Virus record (IMG/VR): IMGVR_UViG_3300049019_000014
Coordinates: 1 to 44,854 of that record
Strand: one strand, 5' to 3'
DNA from: a virus
Length of the DNA: 44,854 nt
Positions 39,448 through 44,854 of the stretch are shown here, in pieces. Position numbers and translations under genes: made by a program. Position 1 is the stretch's first letter; each line of letters begins with the position of its first letter. The notes under the pieces are model-generated. The model was not told where the DNA came from. It did not search any database and was given only the letters and a program-made list of their open reading frames with translations.

Positions 39448-42400
39448 ATGAGCAAGAAGATCAAGGGCGCCCCGGGCTCCCTCCCTATTACCCTCGAACA
39501 GCCGGAAGCATCCGGAGTGCAAGAGGATCTCGCAGGCGCATACGCTGCGGCTGCCGAGCAAGAGAGGCAGTACCAAGCGTCAGGGCTGACTGACAAAGCT
39601 CAGGCTGCCTTCCGCACCAGCGGGTTGACTTCTCTGCTCATCGATTCCCTGAACCGGCCCGACTTCGTTGACGAGCCGGATTGGGTCACGCCATCTGCGG
39701 AACTGCAGGGCTACACCGAGAACGAGCAGGAGCAACTGCGAGAAGCGCGCAGCCGGCACGAGTTCAACTTCGAGCGCAGCATGATCGGGTACGCCCGTGC
39801 TGACCAAGAGGAACTCGGCCGAAGCGGCGCGGGTACGGCATTCGCTGCGTCCATGATCGCCGGCTTCCCTGAAGCCATCCTAACGGGCAAGGCGTTCGGC
39901 CTGCCGTTCCAGGCAGCGGCCCGGAGCAAGAACCTCGTCACGGCCGTCAAGGCGAGCGCTGCGTCGAACATCGGTGGCAACATCGCGGCTACGGCGCTGG
40001 AGGATGCGTTCAGCCACCGGGTTAGCAAAGAGGACTACGTGATGGGCGCAGCCTTCGGCGCATTCGGCACGGGCCTGGAAATGCTCGGGCACTGGCGCGG
40101 CAAGGGCGGCACGGCCATGGAGGCAGCCGTTCGCGACAGCGCGGAGCGTCGAGGCAAGGCAGAGGCGCAGGCCATCGAGAACCTCGGCCCGAACGCCGAC
40201 CCGAAGAAGGTCGCGGCTGAAGCAACACGCATCGAGACAGCCTCACTGATCGAAGACCAGCGAAGCGCTACGGCCCCTCTCGGCGACGATAGGAAGTTGC
40301 TGCCCGATCTGGAGAAACTGCGTGCTGACGAAGAGGCGGCCGAGGCTGCCGCAGCGAAGGCGCAAAGTTCCGATGGCGTGGTGGAGTTGCGAGGTTACCA
40401 GGGCGACCTGACTGACCCCCGCCTCTACACGAAGTCGGTGAACGGCAACGAGACGCGTCCGCTTGTCAAGAACACGCTGTCTGCGCGTGACCTACTCACG
40501 AAGGTAGGCGAGAACGAGAAGGCACCGGAGCTGGTGCGATCACTCGCTACCCGCCTGCTGGGCACGCTGGCAGAGCAGGACGTGGAGGTACACATTGTCG
40601 CTGCGAAGGACATGCACACGATCAATCCAGGCAGCAACCGGGCACACTACGATCCGAACAGGCACATGGTGTTCCTGGCCCCCGGCGATCTGCGTGCGGG
40701 CAGCGAGCACGTCATCACACACGAGCTTGCACATGCGGCCACGGCACACAAGCTGTCGCTGGCCTCACAGGCCCCCGAGGGCTCTGCACTTCGACAGACA
40801 GCGGCCGACATCGGCGCACTGCGCAAGCAAGTCACGGACGCCTGGGAGAAGGCAGGCAAGCCGGACGACAACAACGGCATAACCAAGTACCTGCTGAAGA
40901 ACGACCATGAGTTCGTTGCCGGGTTGTACTCGGGCAAGAGCACGTTCACCGACTTCCTGAAGAGCGTCAAGGTCGAGGGCGGCGCAACCGCGTTCAACAA
41001 GTTCGTTGAGGCTGTGCGCCGGCTGCTCGGCATCCCTGATGAGCAAGCCGACGCCTTCACTCACGCGCTGAACCTCAGCGAGAGGCTGATCGATACGAAG
41101 GCCGTAGTCAAGCTCGGCGAGCAAGGGAGTAACCTGCGCGAGGTTGTGCATGCCCCGCCGGCAAGGCCAGGAGCTACCCCGGTTGACTTGTCCTTCCTTC
41201 AAGACCCCATCGCCACGAAGTACGGACTCGACGCACTGCCAGTGGACACCGCAACCCGCCGCGCAGAGGCGCGAGCGATGATCGAGCTGTACCGCAAGGC
41301 AGATGACCCGAAGGCCATATGGAACAACGTGGACCAGAAGCGGCTGGACAACCTGCTGCAGCACACGCCCGCGCTGGGCTCTACTGGCTTGCAGATGCTG
41401 CGGAGCGAGAACCCTGTCGCTCGTATGTTTGGTTCCGAGTTGCTCGAAACAACGACCGGCGCGGGTGGCCGCAAGAGTACCGCTGCCCTGGCGAAGTACC
41501 TGATCGAGCGCAAGCTGATGGGCAACGTCATCAACGAGTACCAGTCGGCGTATCGCGAGTGGCGTAACGCCTCAGGCGGCAGCATCACGGAGGACTACTT
41601 CAAGGGCAAAATGTGGGAGCGTTTCAACCGCGCCGTTGCCGAAGAGATCGAGGCCCGCCGTGACCCGGAGCACGCGAAGCGCGAGGACCGTAACCCGGCC
41701 GTTGTCGCCGCCGCTGACCGCATCGAGGCAGGCTTTGAGCGTGCCCGTTCGGAACAGGTGAACACGAAGACGACAGGATGGGCAGCACTGCCTGAGACAT
41801 CGACCGGCTACCTGCCGCACAAGCTGTCCGCATCCAAGGTGCGCCAGCTCTCGAAGGCACAGCAGCAGGCGCTTCACAGCGCGCTGGTTGACCAGTTCGT
41901 GGACATCGAAGGCTGGGACATGAGCTTCGCGGCCAACCTCGCCAGCAAGTACATCGAGCGCATCCGCAAGCGTGCGCTTGGCGGCTACGCCAGCGACATG
42001 GGCCGGCACTCGCCCGGAGCGGCTGACGTGGTACAGGACGCGCTGGAGGCCATGGGCATGGCGCCTGATGAGGTGCGCGCGCAGATGCAGAAGTACATGC
42101 GCGGTGCACCGGGGCACACGAAGAAGCGGATCAACCTCGACTTGACGCGCGAGTACACCGACGAGGCCGGGCAGTCCTTCAAACTGCTCGACCTGTTCGA
42201 TACCGACGTGCTGGGGCTCGTGCGTGCACAGTCCCGCCGCGTGAGCGGTGAGGTTGCGCTGGCCCGGCACGGCATCATGGGCAAGTCTGGCCTGAAGCTG
42301 ATCCGGCAAGCGATGGAGTTCGGGGACAACGGCAGCAAGGCGCAGCTCTCCGAGTTCGACGCCTTCGATCAAGTGTCCGCAGAGTTCCTCGGCGAGCCGT

Positions 42401-43599
42401 TCGGTAACTACGGCGGCAAGTGGATGAACCGCGCCATGCAGCTCAACAGCCTCGTGCGCCTCGGTGGCATGGGCTTCACCCAGGCAGCGGAGACCATCAA
42501 CGCTGCGGTGCACCTCGGCATGGGCCGGGCACTGTCGGTGATCGGCGGGTTCGGCCGGCTGCGCGGCGAAGCTGTGAAGCTCGCCAAGGGCGAGAAGGTG
42601 GACAGCATCCTCAACAGCATCGAGACGATGGGCGGCGCCGAGTTCGGAACGGACAGCTACAAGCTGGTCTTCCCGTTCGAGAACCCGGACCTGCAGTACG
42701 CGGTGCACGGGGTGGACACAGCACATGCTGCCGACCGGCTGCTGAGTGGTGGCATCCATGCACAGGGCAAGCTCTCGTTCTGGCGTGCTATCCATGCAGC
42801 GCAACAGCGCGGCGTGGCAGAGCAGATCGTGCTGAAGTCCCTACGGTACATTCGCGATGGGATCGAAGACACCGCGCTCGCCGACATGGGCATCACGAAG
42901 CAGGTTGCTTCCGACATGCGCGCAGAGCTGGGCAACATCGCACAGTTCGACGGCGACGGCAGGGTCACGCACTTCGACATCACGAAGATGGAGAACCTCG
43001 AATCCGCCGATGCGTTCGTGCAGTCCGTGCATCGTGGTGTGGGGCAGATCATTCAGGGCACCTTCATCGGTGAGACCGGCAAGTGGGCGCACGAGGGTTA
43101 CCTCAAGCTGCTCACGCAGTTCCGCACCTTCAGCCTGACCAGCGTTGAGAAGCAGTGGGCGCGCAACCGCGCGAACTACGGCCTCGCGTCGTCGGTCGGC
43201 ATACTGATGGGATCGATGGCTGCGTGTGCTCCTATCTACTTGGCGCGTACTTACCTCACCAGTATAGGCCGCCCGGATCAGGACGAGTATCTCCGCAAGA
43301 AGCTGGACCCGTGGGTCATGTCACGCGCTACCTTGAACTACGTCGCTATGTCCGGCCTCGCGCCCGACTTCATCGACGCGATGGCAGGTATCGCAGGAGT
43401 ATCGACAACCGGCGGCCGGATCGGCACTGGATCGGAGTTCGTCGGCTCTGTCGTCGCCCCTGCGGCGGGACTGCTGGACGATATGTATAAGGCGATCCAG
43501 AACACCAAGGAGGGCACCGACCTACACGGTGTTGTAGAGAACCTACCGCTTGCGAAGTTGCCGATGCTGCTTCCTGTCATAAACCTGTTAGATGAGTAG
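39448..43599 (+). CDS. Internal virion protein C (gp16-class giant ejection protein) containing an HExxH motif
   Basis: The ORF is 1383 aa with an AAGGAAA RBS. 'SEHVITHELAHAATAH' carries HELAH at 40720-40734 (residues 425-429). There are hydrophobic segments near the C-terminus. Confidence 0.75.
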   Translation: MSKKIKGAPGSLPITLEQPEASGVQEDLAGAYAAAAEQERQYQASGLTDKAQAAFRTSGLTSLLIDSLNRPDFVDEPDWVTPSAELQGYTENEQEQLREARSRHEFNFERSMIGYARADQEELGRSGAGTAFAASMIAGFPEAILTGKAFGLPFQAAARSKNLVTAVKASAASNIGGNIAATALEDAFSHRVSKEDYVMGAAFGAFGTGLEMLGHWRGKGGTAMEAAVRDSAERRGKAEAQAIENLGPNADPKKVAAEATRIETASLIEDQRSATAPLGDDRKLLPDLEKLRADEEAAEAAAAKAQSSDGVVELRGYQGDLTDPRLYTKSVNGNETRPLVKNTLSARDLLTKVGENEKAPELVRSLATRLLGTLAEQDVEVHIVAAKDMHTINPGSNRAHYDPNRHMVFLAPGDLRAGSEHVITHELAHAATAHKLSLASQAPEGSALRQTAADIGALRKQVTDAWEKAGKPDDNNGITKYLLKNDHEFVAGLYSGKSTFTDFLKSVKVEGGATAFNKFVEAVRRLLGIPDEQADAFTHALNLSERLIDTKAVVKLGEQGSNLREVVHAPPARPGATPVDLSFLQDPIATKYGLDALPVDTATRRAEARAMIELYRKADDPKAIWNNVDQKRLDNLLQHTPALGSTGLQMLRSENPVARMFGSELLETTTGAGGRKSTAALAKYLIERKLMGNVINEYQSAYREWRNASGGSITEDYFKGKMWERFNRAVAEEIEARRDPEHAKREDRNPAVVAAADRIEAGFERARSEQVNTKTTGWAALPETSTGYLPHKLSASKVRQLSKAQQQALHSALVDQFVDIEGWDMSFAANLASKYIERIRKRALGGYASDMGRHSPGAADVVQDALEAMGMAPDEVRAQMQKYMRGAPGHTKKRINLDLTREYTDEAGQSFKLLDLFDTDVLGLVRAQSRRVSGEVALARHGIMGKSGLKLIRQAMEFGDNGSKAQLSEFDAFDQVSAEFLGEPFGNYGGKWMNRAMQLNSLVRLGGMGFTQAAETINAAVHLGMGRALSVIGGFGRLRGEAVKLAKGEKVDSILNSIETMGGAEFGTDSYKLVFPFENPDLQYAVHGVDTAHAADRLLSGGIHAQGKLSFWRAIHAAQQRGVAEQIVLKSLRYIRDGIEDTALADMGITKQVASDMRAELGNIAQFDGDGRVTHFDITKMENLESADAFVQSVHRGVGQIIQGTFIGETGKWAHEGYLKLLTQFRTFSLTSVEKQWARNRANYGLASSVGILMGSMAACAPIYLARTYLTSIGRPDQDEYLRKKLDPWVMSRATLNYVAMSGLAPDFIDAMAGIAGVSTTGGRIGTGSEFVGSVVAPAAGLLDDMYKAIQNTKEGTDLHGVVENLPLAKLPMLLPVINLLDE

Positions 43600-43630
43600 C
43601 GGAACCTGGGGGCTTATGCCCCGGTAATCC

Positions 43631-43645
43631 GGTACGCCTAATGCA
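43631..43645 (+). promoter_or_regulatory. Phage-RNAP promoter candidate, copy 4 (upstream of the tail-fibre gene)
   Basis: It carries the exact motif GGTACGCCTAATGCA, preceded by ggtaatcc. It ends 20 nt before ATG 43665. Confidence 0.6.
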
Positions 43646-43664
43646 AACCTGAGGGCTTAACAAC

Positions 43665-44854
43665 ATGGTACAACGAATCACGCAGGTCGAATATCCGGGG
43701 GATGGGACCACCACGCTGTGGGACTTCAACTTCGACGGCGGATATATCGACCGTGCCCACGTTAAGGCCAAGATGGTCAACGTGACAACCGAAGTAGAGA
43801 CGGACATCCCGGTGTCCTCCGCAATGTTCGTGAGCGACTACAGGCTCACCGTCGAGCCGGCGATCCCGATCGGCTACAACCTCGTCATATACCGCGCGAC
43901 TCCTACCATCCCGTTGGTATCCTGGCCGACTCGCGCCAGGATAGACCGGGAGGGTCTCGACCTCACAGCGAAGCAGGGGCTGTTCGTAGCCGCAGAGCAG
44001 AAAGAGGCCGTGCCGCTCACTGCCCTGACCTTGCAAGATGCGATCAACGCCCGTGACGCCGCCCTAGTTGCTGCGAGTGCGGCCGAGGACAGTGCAGAGG
44101 CGGTACTCGAATCTACCGTGACCAGCGTTGCTTTTGGTGCCGTTGGTGACAACGTGACTGACGATACGGCTGCCCTGAATACCGCCATCACATGGGCGCT
44201 CGCGAATGGCGCAGTGCTTGACTGGCCGGTCGGGACGTATGTGGTTACGGCTAACCTCCCCTCACTCCATTTGGTGCGTCACCGTGGTGCGGGTAAAATT
44301 CGCCGTGGAACGGATGTGTTCTATCCGGACCCCGGGTCAGCAGACTCCAATACCCTCTATGTCTCGACGACGGGCACGTCAACCAACGACGGGTTAACTC
44401 CCGACAAGGCGCGTAGGCCACAGCAAGCACTCGACGTGCTCACAAACTACGGGCCGGCGCTTAATGGCTTCTGGAACGTGGTTCTTGCTGCGGGTGTATA
44501 CACAGACACTAGCATGGACTATCCGACCGGACTGCTTTCGCGCAATCCGGTAATCATCCGTGGTCCAGTTGTTGGGCACCCTAACATGCCCACCGCTAAG
44601 TTCATCCCGGCGAGCCCGGGATCATCGGGCATTGAGTTCTCCGGATTGTGCACGGTTACCCTGCGTGACGTGTACTTCGAGAACTTCACGTCCTCAACGT
44701 CATCGTTCGCAGTGGCGGCCACACAAGGCGCGTGGCTTCGTACTGAGAACGTGTGGGTAAAGGACACAGTCACAGGGATAACCTGCAATGCAGCCATCAT
44801 CGAGGTGCGTGGTGGCATTGTGGACAACTGTACTACCGGGCTGCGGTCGCTATT
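43665..44854 (+). CDS. Tail fibre/tailspike, N-terminal part (T7 gp17-type adaptor plus pectate-lyase-like beta-helix); runs off the window and continues at 128..944
   Basis: I translated this by hand and found no stop before the window end. The N-terminus 'RITQVEYPGDGTTTLWDFNFDGGYIDRAHVKAKM...IYRATP...REGLDLTAKQGLFVAAEQKE' fits the gp17 N-terminal domain pattern. 'AFGAVGDNVTDDTAALNTAI' is the classic beta-helix depolymerase entry motif. Confidence 0.85.
   Translation, partial: MVQRITQVEYPGDGTTTLWDFNFDGGYIDRAHVKAKMVNVTTEVETDIPVSSAMFVSDYRLTVEPAIPIGYNLVIYRATPTIPLVSWPTRARIDREGLDLTAKQGLFVAAEQKEAVPLTALTLQDAINARDAALVAASAAEDSAEAVLESTVTSVAFGAVGDNVTDDTAALNTAITWALANGAVLDWPVGTYVVTANLPSLHLVRHRGAGKIRRGTDVFYPDPGSADSNTLYVSTTGTSTNDGLTPDKARRPQQALDVLTNYGPALNGFWNVVLAAGVYTDTSMDYPTGLLSRNPVIIRGPVVGHPNMPTAKFIPASPGSSGIEFSGLCTVTLRDVYFENFTSSTSSFAVAATQGAWLRTENVWVKDTVTGITCNAAIIEVRGGIVDNCTTGLRSL
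44728..44854. repeat. Second copy of the 127-bp terminal overlap (identical to 1..127)
   Basis: Direct comparison with 1..127. Confidence 0.9.

Noticed and set aside
43609-43622. Small hairpin (ggggc-ttat-gcccc) after the giant internal protein gene as a terminator
   Set aside because: The stem is only 5 bp with no U-tract, and it abuts promoter copy 4. The evidence is insufficient.
1-44854. tRNA genes, integrase/repressor (lysogeny module), transposase or reverse transcriptase
   Set aside because: I found no T-loop-like GGTTCGAATCC-type sequences. No ORF has integrase (R..H..R..Y), HTH-repressor-plus-divergent-promoter, DDE or YxDD signatures. The gene content is that of a strictly lytic T7-group phage.

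Overview
The window is an essentially complete genome of a high-GC T7-supergroup podophage. Its organisation is phiKMV-like, with the single-subunit RNA polymerase gene at the end of the DNA-metabolism block. Bases 1-127 are identical to 44728-44854, and this overlap lies inside the tail-fibre gene. The unique length is therefore 44,727 bp, the window origin is arbitrary, and the contig closes as a circle (or has collapsed terminal repeats). All roughly 55 genes I can support are on the + strand. In biological order: (1) an ORF-free 1.8-kb region (8849-10654) holds a terminator-like hairpin, one leftward consensus sigma70 promoter, a ~590-bp very GC-rich segment with clustered GGGCGC words, four tandem rightward consensus sigma70 promoters, one phage-type promoter and a CTAG-rich structured leader. 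(2) Early genes of unknown function (10655-15629) include a type-I phosphoribosyltransferase-like protein and are separated by a family of GC-rich stem-loops. (3) The replication and nucleotide block (15629-28486) has primase, wHTH, DnaB-like helicase, HD hydrolase, family-A DNA polymerase, SSB-like protein, 5'-3' exonuclease, endonuclease VII, DEDD exonuclease, a DUF5664-type dNTP diphosphohydrolase-like protein, ATP-dependent ligase, MazG-like protein and T7-like RNAP. (4) The late block (28467 across the junction to 944) has a GNAT-like protein, portal, scaffold, capsid, tail tubular A/B, three internal virion proteins and a tail fibre/tailspike. (5) These are followed by a T7 gp17.5-like holin, TerS and TerL. 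(6) Next come an Ig-like protein, a SAR endolysin, an overlapping SprT-like metalloprotease, spanin candidates and a second holin-like gene. (7) An unusual terminal module (5154-8848) has a small spike-base-like protein, a GH5-like/LamG protein and a beta-helix protein. A 14-15-nt motif, GGTACGCCTAATGCA, occurs four times at positions expected for phage-RNAP promoters. I saw no tRNA, CRISPR array, integrase or repressor. All calls come from reading motifs, gene order, RBS and overlap patterns by eye. No database search was possible, so family names are recollections that need HMM or structure checks.
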